DNA of 64,000 nt from Paragordius varius (lineage: Eukaryota > Animalia > Nematomorpha), in the NCBI GenBank assembly GCA_964247055.1, contig OZ176050.1, forward strand, positions 5,766,001 through 5,830,000. The letters run 5' to 3'. Within the stretch, counting starts at the first letter, position 1. Each line of letters begins with the position of its first letter. The position numbers were made by a program, and so were the translations under genes. Below are positions 19,799-31,759 of this stretch, one piece after another. The notes beneath the pieces were generated by a model. It saw only the letters and a list, made by a program, of their open reading frames with translations. It ran no database searches and had not been told where the DNA came from.

Positions 19799-22123
19799 TT
19801 TGAGAGGAAAATACAGTACGGTGCATTTTGTGTTGGCCGCTACGAGGAAAAATTAATTACACTTGGGTGGTAATGGTTCCATATCAGACGATAGCAATAA
19901 AATTGTTTTGAAAAAAACATAATAAGGCTGAATACACAATTCTAGTCACTTAAGTATATCGTTTAGTACATATAAAAAGTAAAATAATATTTTTTAAAAT
20001 TTTATTTTTTATATATGCGTTCCGAAAGTCCCATATTTTTTGCTTTTCTAAAATAGGCTAAAAGAAACGTAAAATTTGTATCGGCGATATAAATTTTAAT
20101 TAAATGCTAAATTTGATTAAATATAATTTAAGCAAATTTTTAAATGTAGCTCATTTTAACATGAGGCATGATAGAAACGGTAAGAACATTTTAAGACAGG
20201 GTAGCCAAACGGTCAACCGCGTTCGACTTCGTGCCCGCGAGATTTTAAAACATGACCGCCTGGAAATTATAAAAAATGTTAAAAATATTTTTGCATAAAA
20301 TTTTTTCCACAAAGTTTTAATTTATTTTTTATGATATATATTTATTTGTGTTTCTTGCTGACAAAAATTTATATTTAAACTTGAATAAAGATAAATACCC
20401 ACATATTTGGAAAATTTCTGCATTTTTTCATCCACATATATAGGTGAACCAGCTTTTTCTTATATGAATGTCATTAAAAATTGAGATTACGATTACCTGA
20501 CAAACATTTGGATTGCCTGAAAATTGCACTGACTTTATATGAATTTCGAAAAACTTTTTAAATTATGGCATACTGAATCTTCTTAATTTTTTTAAAGAAA
20601 CATCAAGTGTTTCCACATTTAGTTCAAATGATATCAGGATAATCTTCAGCCAAAATTCCAAATTTTAACGATCTGTGTATTTCGACATCCAAATCTTTAA
20701 AATTCGCTTAAGAAATGGTAGAGTATTGTTTTACATTCAACATATTATCAAACGGAGATAAAACCGGGAAATGTATTCCAGTTTATTTAAGAAAAATCCT
20801 TTCTCCAATACGTCACATTAGAATAATGTTTTAAATCCCTGTTTTTTAATTGATTTGCAATGTACTATCTTTCTGAGATATCGTATCAAAAAGCAATATC
20901 AAGAAGCAATTTAGATCTTTTATTTGTGATATGAATAAATTTTCTTTTGGGAAATAGATATGTTTGTCTTAAAAATTGTCTTAGTCTTTCTAAAAATGCA
21001 GCGCGACTGAACCATCTTTTATCTGTATTAAATATTTCATTATGTCAAACCAATTCCTTTTACTAAACTTAAAACTGCGCGTCACTCTTTTCGATTTGTG
21101 AACTATCTTGAAGCATATTTCCATTTTAAACCTGGCATGCATTAATCCATAAAATCTGGTAAATTATAAAGATCATTACCAAGAGATTTAAATCCATTTT
21201 TACTTAAATAATCCAAACTCCGTCGCATGATGTAAAGTTAATTATCCATAGTAAATTTAATAAAATGAATAAAGTAAATGTTTTTAGTATTTGTACACTA
21301 ATTGTGGCAACCACAAGTCTTTTGAATCATCATTATATATTTTGATAAAGTTAAGGTTCTATATTAAAATAATTACCCAAAAATAATTATTTTTTGTAAT
21401 ATTTATTTTAAAATGGCCTGTGCCAGTCACCCCAATCCTTAAATAGAGATATATCTTGTAAAGTGATAAATGAATCTTTTAATACTTAATATTAATACGT
21501 GCCCGCGTGATTTTTTCTTTCAAAAAAGTAGCCCGCGGGAAAAAAGGTTGGCCACCCCTGCTTTAAGATACTACAAAACATTTTATCTGCATTTTGATGG
21601 TGAACATTTCTAACACCTGAGAATTTTGATTATAAACTGTTAAATTAATTTGAGGTGCTAGAAATCTTCAGCATAATTAAATTATATAGAAAAAGGTTTT
21701 AATAATTTACTGATTCCGTAATGCCTGTTGTTTTTAACATTGCTATAAATTAAATTTTACGCAAAACATCCATTTTTTCGAAAAAAAGTTTTTTGTAGAA
21801 ATTAGGCATAAATTAAAAACGCGCAAACTGGGACTTTGATTTTGAGAAAACTAGCCCATTTTAGAAGGGCGAAAAAATTTGGGCCTTTCTGAGCCTACAT
21901 CTAAAAATTAAAATTTTATAAAATATTGTTTTGCTTTTTATATTTGGTTTATAATATATATTTTAGTGATATTTTTTGGAATGAAGAATTTGACTTTCAC
22001 TAAAAAAAATAATAAAATGTGTGGAAAATTTGCCATTTTCTGATTTTATCAGCATATAATTTTCTAAAATCCCTCCTAAGCCAACAAAAGTACCGTGATA
22101 ATCCAGTTATATTTTCTTATTAG
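19799..22123. mobile_element. Long-TIR non-autonomous element, copy 1 (interrupted by a hAT insertion)
   Basis: The left arm ~19799-20070 is the reverse complement of the right arm ~21830-22123 (core: ctagcccattttagaagggcgaaaaaatttgggcctttctgagcctacatctaaaaattaaaatttt). The same arms recur at 25619-26666, 30583-31759 and ~42720-43800. Boundaries are approximate. Confidence 0.6.
20197..21560. mobile_element. Decayed hAT (Charlie/Buster-like) DNA transposon with transposase remnants
   Basis: TIRs cagggtagccaaac (20197) and ggttggccacccctg (ends 21560). 8-bp TSD ttttaaga (20189-20196) / ctttaaga (21561-21568). Minus-strand remnant KRWFSRAAFLERL...LLLDIAF (~20575-21200). Plus-strand remnant FSSTYIGEPAFSYMNVIK..RLRLPDKHLDCLKIAL (~20410-20560), resembling the hAT C-terminal dimerisation domain. 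Multiple stops and frameshifts. Confidence 0.88.
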
Positions 22124-22759
22124 CATATATATAAACTGTGTGCAAAAAAAATTTGACTAAATAATTTTTTTCATGAGATATCTTATGACCAGCGTATTAA
22201 TTTGCATTTTTTATTTGTTCTCGACCTAGTTTTTGATATATTGAGGGAAAATCGAAATCGGGCAAAAAGTGAAAATTAAGGATAATTTAAAAAATAATGA
22301 TAAATTTAGAGATATTATGGTTTATTATCATTTAAGGAGATTAATATATAAATCGCATAAAATCATATAGTTAGGGTTTCAAAATCTCAGCTTAAAAGAT
22401 GGCGTTTTTCTTTTACACACTTAATATAAATTAATTATTTTTATTACTTACTAGCTAAACTCACTATTAAAATCTCCTATTCAGTAAAAAAACTTATATA
22501 TCAAAATAAAACCAAAAAATATTGTTTTTAATTTTTTTATTTTTTTGTTATCTGGTTTATGAGTGTATAAAAAATTTATCCTGTTTTATTTTGGAATTTT
22601 ACATGAGTGGGAATCATTAAGTATATAATTTATGCAAAATAGGATTGAAATAGTGGATATCAACAAATGATCCATATATGCGGATTATTTCGAAACATTA
22701 TTTAATGGCTATGATCTCATAGGATTTTCAAAACGGTGCTTTCATACTAATATATTGTT

Positions 22760-24180
22760 TACTGGTGTAAGGGCCCCAAATTGACGGCTAGCGGAAAAAA
22801 CCGTTATCCTATATTTTTTACTTTTTATGGGTAATATTTAAAGTCTTTATTAAACTCGTTTGGCTTCTTAAGTTTATTGAAAATTAGCTCCAAGCCACGC
22901 CATTTTTGTATGGCGTCTCAGTTTTAAACCGGTAGACCCCTACCTATAAGCATATATGGAAAAAACGCTAAGTTATTTTTTGCCTTTTAAGGGAAAATAT
23001 TTGGAATTATTTTTGAGACCATCGTCTCATGGGTTATTCGAAAAAATACCTCTATACGAAACAATCGTTATACGATGGCGTATTTTTAGGGCATAAAGGC
23101 TCCAAATTAACGGCTAATAAAAAAGGCTTGACCTTAATTTTTACCTAGTTACGGGTAATATTTCGAACCTTAAATGAGCTCAAATGGCATAAGTTTTTTT
23201 TGATTTGTTCCAAAACAACGCAATCTCTATATTTAAGCACAGTGTTTGGCGGGTAGCTTCTTACCCAGAGGCAGGTATAAAAAAGGGTCGGTCAAAATTT
23301 TTGTCTTTATATGGGTAATATCTGGAATTATAATGCCCATATGTTCCTATAAGTTCTTGGAAATATTGCTTCAAAACCAAAATATTTTGTTCTATAGCGG
23401 CGAATGTTTCAGGGCGTAAAAATTTTCTTAGCGACTCGAAATAACCCCCTATACTGAAATATTAGTTTTTTAAGGGGCAATAAATATTTTAGGCCCTTAT
23501 TGAACTCTGAAATTTGGCTCCAAAGTCATGCTGTACCGATATAGTATCGCATTTTTACGCGGGTAACCCCCTACCTAGAGCCTATTTAACCGCTAATTTA
23601 AAAAAATCCGTTCGACTTAAATTTTTGCCTTTTACGGGTAATATTTCAGGCCCTTATAAAACTTATATGGCCTAATTTCTGAAAATTAACTCCTAAACGC
23701 AATTTTGATATGGTGGCTCAGTTTTAGGCGGGTAGCTCCCTACCCAGAGGGCAATATAAAAACGACGTTCGATAATATTTTTTGCCTTTATATGGGAATA
23801 CCTGGAATCATCATTCATTCCATATGCTCTTAATAGTTTATGGAAGAATGGCTTCAAAATTAAATAATAGTTCAATGATAGCGCATTTTTTAGGTAACGG
23901 CTAATTTAAAAAATCCGCTCGACTTAAATTTTTGACTTTTTACGGGAATACTTTAAGCAGTTATTGAACTCATATGGCCTGAGAGATTTTTGAAATTTAG
24001 CCCCGAAAACACGCTATTTCGATATGACGGATCAGTTTTTCGCTGGTAGCTCCTGACCCAGCAGCTATCATCAAAGAAACGCTTGACTTTTGCCTTTTAA
24101 AGGGGATAAGTGGAATCCTTATTAAATTTTTACGGTCTCATACTTTGGGCGAAAAATGGAATTAAAAAATTATTTTTGTG
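22760..24180. repeat. Diverged ~160-bp tandem array (~9 units, alternating A/B types)
   Basis: The anchor motif tttt(g)ccttt(t)a(c/t)ggg(t)aata recurs at 22829, 22991, 23153, 23313, ~23474, 23636, 23794, 23944 and 24102 (spacing 150-162 bp). Related sequence lies on the minus strand at ~33050-33560. Confidence 0.85.
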
Positions 24181-24624
24181 GACTTTGTTTTTTGAAAAAA
24201 TGGCATTTTACGGGGGGAGCGGGTAAAAAGAGGGCCTAAACAAAAAAAGCGAGCCGATTATGTTCGGTGCAATCGAAAATAAGTAAAAAATATATCATAT
24301 TTGAAATCGAATGGTCCAACACGTTTTCGGAGAAATTGTCTCAAAGACACGATTTTTGTGTTCAGAGAAACCCGTTTTTTACACGGGGTATGCCCGAACT
24401 GGGGGCCTAATTCAAAAAAGGGCGAAGCTATTGTCCGGGCATTCATTAATGATTATATATTTTCGACATTTGAATGGGTCTACCGGTTTTCCGAAAACAG
24501 ATCACAAATCCAGCATTTTCCATTTTTATAAATATATAGAGTATCACATAGTTTTTTCGTTTATTTGAAAATAGCCCATTTAATGGGTCCAAAAAATATT
24601 TGTACTATCAGAGCTTAAGTTATT

Positions 24625-24668
<44 letters not shown>

Positions 24669-25618
24669 TGCAAAATGTTGTCCTTGAGATAATTCTGAAA
24701 AAGTGTAGTCTACGTAGAATATTTATTATGTATATAAAATTCAGCGTTGTCAAGCCACTTATCGACCCTGTCCACCCCGGTTAAATGGGGTTTCTTAAAA
24801 AATAAGGTACACAAAACATTTGCAAAAGTTTCGGGAAACCGAGAAGCATATTTAAATTCAATGCAAGGGATTTTTATGTAATTTGCCTAACATAGTTGTG
24901 GTACTTTTAATGTTTAACCGTTCCCGGGTTAAAATCATATTTTAGCAGTAATCTCGATCATCGTCAATCAAAAATGATGGTCTCCCACATGTTAGTCAAT
25001 AATATGTAACCCGAGTTTCAAATGATGTCATCCAGAAGATATAAATTTTTTTGGAAGTCCTTCATGTCGTAAATACTTTTTCCCTAGATATTTATAGAAA
25101 TGTAAAATGACGAATTTAATATGGATTTTGGCCATTTATTTATGCGAACAGCGTATAAAAACTTTTTTAACACCAAATCTAGATAATATGCAATGATATT
25201 GAATCAATCATATATTTGTTAAGGTAAAGATAAAAATAAACTAAATTACAAGCTATAAATGAACTAAATTAATTGGGAGAATGGAAAAACACGTGGGTGG
25301 TAGAGAGCATTATATGTTACTCATACTTTAAATTTTTTGATATGGAGTAATATAATTTCCTAAATGACTAGTAGTCTCCAAAACCACCACCACGAGAATC
25401 CTAATACATTTTTTTTATCAGATTTCATACATTTTGTCGGAATAGTTAAAACTACATATTTTGTGCAGTTTGTTATACCCCTGAGACGGTAAATTTTAGT
25501 TCAGCTGCTAGCTTATATTTGTTAAATATGGTCAAAATATCGGAACCTATATAGCATCATATATATACTGCGTCCAAAAGTTAAAATTTCTGAATATAAT
25601 ATATATATATATATATAT

Positions 25619-26666
25619 CTGAAAGGAAAATATATCAGAATTTTCATAATGCTTTTATTTTTTGGGTCTTACGAGTATTTAAGAAAGTTGCTTTATATCA
25701 GAAAATGGCAAAATTTGCGCACATTTTGTTCATAATTTTTTTTGGTTAAGGCAAAATGTTTCATCCCAAAAAATATCAATAAGATGTATCTTAATTATAA
25801 AAGGCAAAACAAAATTTATAAGATTTAGTTTTTCTATATAGGCTTTGAACAAATTTTTCGCCCTTCTGAATAGGCTAGTTCTCTTAAAATAGGCAACAAT
25901 GCCGATATTTTAATATCAGTTAATTTATGGCTTCAAAAAACATAGTTTTTAAATAAGGCATACATTGTTGAAAATTTTATTTTTTAGCAGAATTTTGTTG
26001 AAGCGTAAGTCATACTATTTTGGAGCACGAAATGATGGAAACTGTACAAAAAATTATTATAAAAACACTTTTTTATATATTTCAGTTATGTTAAACATTT
26101 TTGTTCACCACCGAATTTTGATTTAAGATTATTGGTCGCAAAAACTATGTTATAAATTGTTTTCATCCAAAAAAAGCAAACATTTCAATTAAAATTCTGA
26201 GGTGATAGAAATGTTCAAGACATTGAATTATATAGAAAAATTTTGTTTTTTATTCTAAAATTGACCATGCATCAAAATGCCACAATTTCCAAAATTTTGC
26301 TAATTAAATATTTGGGCAAAATATCCATTCGGGAAAATTTTGATGTTAAAATTTAGCGTATTTAATCACGCTCTCGGCATTTCTGCCTTTATTTTAAGAA
26401 ATCAACGAAAAACTTGGGACTTTCGGAGTCCACATCTAAAAGTTAAAATTTTATAAAAAAAACTTTTGTTTATTATATGCTGTTTATGATATATTTGGGG
26501 ACATTTTTTGGAATGAAGCATTTGGATATCATCAAACAATTAAACAAAATGCGCGCGCATTTTCTGTTATGAGCAGTTACCTCAAAAGTGTAAATATCTT
26601 TCTAAAATCATGCTAAAAGGCCAAAATCAAGAGCACCATGATAATCCTGGTACTTTTCCCTATCAG
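25619..26666. mobile_element. Long-TIR non-autonomous element, copy 2
   Basis: The left arm (ctgaaaggaaaatatatcag...gcccttctgaataggctagttctc, ~25619-25900) is inverted relative to the right arm (gggactttcggagtccacatctaaaagttaaaatttt...gagcaccatgataatcctggtacttttccctatcag, ~26410-26666). Confidence 0.6.
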
Positions 26667-27605
26667 AATATAATTGATATGCAAAATATAAAGATTAAAC
26701 AATGTAATATATTGTAAATGAATAATTGTAGTCAATCTTTATTGTATGCCATCCATAAAATTACGTCTTCTAACTAAATCTATAATTTACACAATGTTAA
26801 ATATTGAATTTTGTTTTTTGAATCTTGAGTTAAAAACTATATTTTTTACCTAAATAACGCCATTTATATTTTCAAAAAATAGGTAAAATATTATTGTCAT
26901 TTGCGAAAAAAACTTATTTTATTTGAAAAAAATTAAGTCATTACCAATGGATTTATTTTAACTAAACGACTTAATTAATAAAAAAATTCAAATATATGTT
27001 AATTTTTTAGAAAAAATAAAATTATTCTCGAGTAGCTCTAAAATTAACCAATTGTAAGTCAGGTAGTATAATATTTAAAAAAATTTAAATGTAAATAAAA
27101 ATTATATATGATAATAATTAGGAGGCTTGCCTATTCAGATTAGGAATGGCGCGCCACATACATACCACATAACGTTATTTTGTTACGTTATAACTGAATG
27201 TGCTAGCTTTAAACCTGTTTTCTTCTCGATTTTTTTTCACAAAAACTATATAGGTAAGAAATATGCCTTATAGCGGCGTTTTTGAGTCGCCTAAACAAAC
27301 ACACCATATCCTATACAGCAAACGAATGGGATAAATTGTTCGTTTTAACCTTAAATTTGTGAATTCTTACATCATATTTCGGCGACCATAAAGATTTTAC
27401 AAAAAATTACTAACATGCAGCCAGTATCATTATTTTGGTATAAATAGGTGTTGAAATTGTATCACCACATACACATTAAATTTTTTATTTTAAACACTCA
27501 CTCTAATTACATTTCCAGTTAAGATCTAAAAACGCGTTTTGATTGTAATTACCTTTATTGTGTGTTTGATTTATCAATAATACCGGTCTACAATTACTAT
27601 ATCTA

Positions 27606-28183
27606 ATGCTATTTGGTGACAATTTTTATTCATTTTTTGTTGGACTCCCCTTCTCGGATATTCAGTCAAAAAAGGAAAAGGTAAAAAATAAAATTTATTC
27701 ACTTACATAAAAATTTGCATCGATACTTATTACATATTATAATTTATGGGATTTGTCCAAAATACCTTTAGAGATATTAATAATTATTTTATATGACTTT
27801 TTTAGATGGCCTCAAATCCCGATCTTGATATGAGAGTTTTTCATCCAGGCTATTTTCCTTCAAAACAAAGTAACCCTAAAAATTTCAACCGCAAACAACA
27901 TCATAAATCTTATATTAACACCATAAGCAAGAACGAGGTATATGTGGGAAAAATGTTTCAAATTTTAGCCGATAACTTTGATTTTGATTTATTGAATAAT
28001 CCAATTTCGTGTAAACGTTCATATCTATCCAGTCAAAATAGATTTTCCAATTATAGTTATCCATCCATTGAAACATATAATAACCCAAAAACAGCAAACC
28101 TGTTAACCACAAAATATATAATCATCATTGGCCTTTGTCTCTTTCTTCTCATACTGCAATTATTTATGAACGAGATAGTATAA
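27606..28183 (+). CDS. Hypothetical tail-anchored membrane protein (~125-150 aa)
   Basis: ORF 27806-28183 ends in a hydrophobic stretch, YIIIIGLCLFLLILQLFM, followed by NEIV*. The ATG at 27806 directly follows a ttttttag acceptor. A phase-0 upstream exon 27606-27680 (ATG...aag|gtaaaa; MLFGDNFYSFFVGLPFSDIQSKKEK) joins in frame. No family recognised. Confidence 0.5.
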
Positions 28184-29386
28184 TATAATATAAATTTATC
28201 AATAAATTAATGCATCATAATTGTTAACCTTTATTGATAAGTATATATTTATAGTAAAAGAAGTGAAACGTTGATGAAATTGACTGAAAATGGCATTCCC
28301 TCTTCTATCTGGAAAATAACTTTAATGCTATTATCTTGATTCAAAAAAGCAAATTACCTAAATGTTATGTTATACGGCGTGTGGTTACATACGCCTTCAT
28401 TAATTATCTAAAATTGTTATTTCACCCCCCAAAAGTTATAGTTTTATGTTATTGGCACATGAAAAAGGGTGAAGATTATTTTCACATTTCTTCCACACGT
28501 CCCACTTATGAAGGATCACTGTTTTAGGCACTTATTGCAAATTTTTATAAGGTGGAATTAGGGGAAATGTTTTTAGCTTTTTCCCAAAATCGCTATAATT
28601 AAGCTTTAAAAATTCCTTTTGCATCAGTATAAAATTTGAACATAAGAGCTGATGACACTTTATTTTATATAATTGCTGATTGTATATAACTCACGGCTTC
28701 TCATCTAACACAGCTTAATAAAATTAATAAAATAAATTGAAATTAGTAATGATCATTTTCAATCATTTGTTTATCGTCCCAATACCGTTCCGAATATTTG
28801 ACTTTTTTTAACTGAGGCAGAAGTATAACTTGGATACGATCGGTCACCGGCTTATATTAGTTCATATTTATTTTAAATATCTATTTATATATACTTTTGA
28901 ATTTTAAAATTATATCGATCAATTTTAAACTGTGCAACATGTGTTGATTTACAGTGTTTCTAAAATGACCTAATTAATGGTTCTATAAATTATAAACCAA
29001 AATATATCTAAAGCTCTCGTAAAACACTGGATACGGAATATATTGTTGTATATATATCATAGACAAGTAACCACTTTCTATATAGCAAGTAATTTTGCTT
29101 TGAATAGGTATAAATGGGATTTTTTATTTTTGTCGATTAGCCTATGTACATAACCTAGATAGAATTTTTGACAACTAATATTATAATTCTAATTATAAAA
29201 GGCATAAATAAACTCAGGATTATAAATAAATTTATTAAATATTAAATATAAACAGCAATAAACTCTCATCAAAATAAAATAGTTAATGCCCATATAAGTG
29301 TAAAAATACTTTACTAAAGACATAAAATAATATAATATATTAAATAACAACAATATTGCAAATTCTAGTTTTTCCTAAAACCAAGA

Positions 29387-30379
29387 TTATGTATTTGCTG
29401 TGTAGTTATGACATATATATACACACTTTCTACAAGCCGGACAAGTTGGATTTCGATTGAGCCAAGTTAATATACAAAATTTGTGGTAGATGTGACAACA
29501 AGAAGGTAGTCGCCAAAGTAAATCGTCTCGTTCATAATCATCGAGACAGATAGAGCACATGGGTACACAATCAATCTTTTCATCTTTACACTGTTTATAC
29601 GCATCGGAAGGCGGATATTGATCAGAAACATTCAGTATATTAGAACTGGTCTTTACAACTGGCTTTAGTAATGTTTTGGCATGAGAAACGACTCTTAATT
29701 TTTTATTTGATTCTGAAATGTTGTTTTTGATATGATTTTTGGAATAACTGTAATGACTTTTTAATAGCGAAGCATTATTATTAACTGTTTGTTTTTGTTT
29801 TGGCACATGTAATATAATGCGATTTTTTGTCGGCAAAAATGATAAGGCATCGGGATTACGGTGTTGATTGAGCGACATAAAATTGCTATAAGTAAATTCA
29901 GTGTAAGGAGCACCAATCCATTTTAACATAGCTTCAGCGTTTGGACAAACCTCTTTGCTAATGTGCATAGACGGATTACTGTATTTAAAAATTGTATTAA
30001 GGAATATTATAATATCATTATAATCTATATCATCTGAATTATTTAATTGTAGAGAATAATAAAGGGGAATATCACGTAATGTTTTGGATCGAAATAAAAA
30101 ATCAGCCAATTTTTGTCCAATATTCGCAATCATAGTGGATGTTATAATTTTATAAGTAAAATAAATTGTGATTATGGAAAGGACAACAAATTCATATTGT
30201 TCTTTTTTTTCATTGGAAGTGATACTATCCGCCTTTGTAGTAGCAATGTTAGATAAAATTGTTATAAGGATTATATGTTTACAGCCGTTTTTGTAAAAAA
30301 CCTTTTGAGAAACTCTTTGATCGGACTGTATATCAATCATATTGTAATTAGCAAAAAAATGCAACTGCTGATATAACAT
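29387..30379 (-). CDS. Transmembrane RING-H2 E3 ubiquitin ligase-like protein
   Basis: 330-aa single ORF with a complete C3H2C3 motif, CSICLDDYERDDLLWRLPSCCHIYHKFCILTWLNRNPTCPAC, near the C-terminus. It has an N-terminal hydrophobic segment (FVVLSIITIYFTYKII). The start is uncertain because a possible 54-nt intron (gtatgt...gctaat...tacag, 30381-30328) overlaps the first ATG. Confidence 0.8.
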   Translation of the reverse strand: MLYQQLHFFANYNMIDIQSDQRVSQKVFYKNGCKHIILITILSNIATTKADSITSNEKKEQYEFVVLSIITIYFTYKIITSTMIANIGQKLADFLFRSKTLRDIPLYYSLQLNNSDDIDYNDIIIFLNTIFKYSNPSMHISKEVCPNAEAMLKWIGAPYTEFTYSNFMSLNQHRNPDALSFLPTKNRIILHVPKQKQTVNNNASLLKSHYSYSKNHIKNNISESNKKLRVVSHAKTLLKPVVKTSSNILNVSDQYPPSDAYKQCKDEKIDCVPMCSICLDDYERDDLLWRLPSCCHIYHKFCILTWLNRNPTCPACRKCVYICHNYTANT

Positions 30380-30582
30380 ACCGATGGGATGAAATAAAAT
30401 AATTTTTTAACATTTCATTACCTTAATTTTAGATTATATTTTGGGGTAGATACTATATTTTTAGCCAAAACTTGCAAAAAAAATTTGCTAAAGGTATAAA
30501 TGTCATTATTATACATTTAACTTACATACAAAAAGACCCTATTTAAAAGTCTAAAAAGCAGTTTTTAAAAATGAATAACCAT

Positions 30583-31759
30583 CTAATATAGGAAAAAGTA
30601 CAGGATTATCATGGTGCTCTTGGTGGCCATTTGCCGTAATTTCACAAAATTTATTTAGACCGGTCTATGCCAAAAAATATCAAAACGTTTTTGCTCTAAT
30701 GGGCTATCTCTTTTATATTAACGTGAAAATGCCGTTAAGCCATAAAAATTAAAGATATGCTAAATTTTGGTATTAACTAATAATATTTCTAAGAAGGTGT
30801 TTTTTCACAATTTCAATTTTTAACAAAATTTTGCTGTATACCAATTTTCATGCAAAAGCATCATTTTTTATATCAAATGCATATTTCAAGCAGCAGTTGT
30901 TCAACCAAACGCCACATTTTTTAGCTTTCTTTGTTAAATAAAAGTTAATCTTGCGTGAAAAATGTTGCGTTTGCTTGAAAAACGTTGTCTTTAATTGCAA
31001 TGTTGCGTTTTCTTGAAAAAATGTTGCGTTTGGATTAAAATATTTGCTTATGACTAAAAAATAGCATTAAGTACTTCTTTTAAATAATATTAGGGATAAT
31101 GGAAAGGGTATAAAAAGTTTTAAGATGTTATAAAAACAATATTATTACTCAGAATTTTAGTTAAATATTCGTTCGTTTTCATTTTAATAAATATAAAGTA
31201 ATTTTTTACAAAAATTCACTCAGAATCAAAATCAAACGACTTAAAATTAAAATTCTAAAGCGAAAGTAATTAATGGCATTATTGAATTATATAGAAAAAG
31301 TATTTTTGCATATCTTAAAGCGTTTTACTACCGTTTCTATCATGCCTTAAAATAGTATGAAGTACGCTTTAACAAAATTTTTTTAATTAATATTTTGAAA
31401 AAGGTATTTATAATTTAAAAAATTAGTTGATACCAAATTTAGCATATATTTTATTTTTTTGCGAAGTTTCGGCATTTTTGCGTTTATTTTGAGAGGAACA
31501 GCTCATTTTAGAAGAACAAAGGAATTTAGCATTTCGACCTCCGCATCTAAAAATTAAAATTTTAAAAATTTTGCTTTTTTATCTAGTTTATTATATATTT
31601 TAGTGATATTTGTTGTGTTGAAATACCAAAAAAAAATTGTTTAACAAAATGTGCAAAATTTTACCATTTTCTTATATGGTTATTACAAAAGTAATATATT
31701 TTTTATTTCTTGTAAGGGCCAAAACCAAAAGCGATAATTTTGTTACATTTTCCTATCAG
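30583..31759. mobile_element. Long-TIR non-autonomous element, copy 3
   Basis: The left end ataggaaaaagtacaggattatcatggtgctcttg is the reverse complement of the copy-2 right end. The right arm is at ~31490-31759 (ccgcatctaaaaattaaaatttt...cattttcctatcag). It contains the uninterrupted version (31300-31350) of the site occupied by the hAT in copy 1. A further partial copy lies at ~32040-32400. Confidence 0.6.

Noticed and set aside
22760-24180. Tandem array as a CRISPR array or hammerhead-ribozyme (retrozyme) repeat
   Set aside because: The context is eukaryotic with no cas genes, and whole units are homologous rather than repeat plus unique spacer. No CTGANGA...GAAA hammerhead core was found; the closest, ctgagag near 23978, does not fit.
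24258-24568. Overlapping ORFs in a GC-richer patch next to the 160-bp array
   Set aside because: No recognisable domain and no convincing splice chain. More likely part of a repeat or transposon end.
11761-25302. TGGGTGGTA (one mismatch from the GLI consensus) at 11761, 19864 and 25294
   Set aside because: It was picked post hoc among many possible 9-mers, one copy lies inside a repeat element, and the mismatch is at a consensus position.
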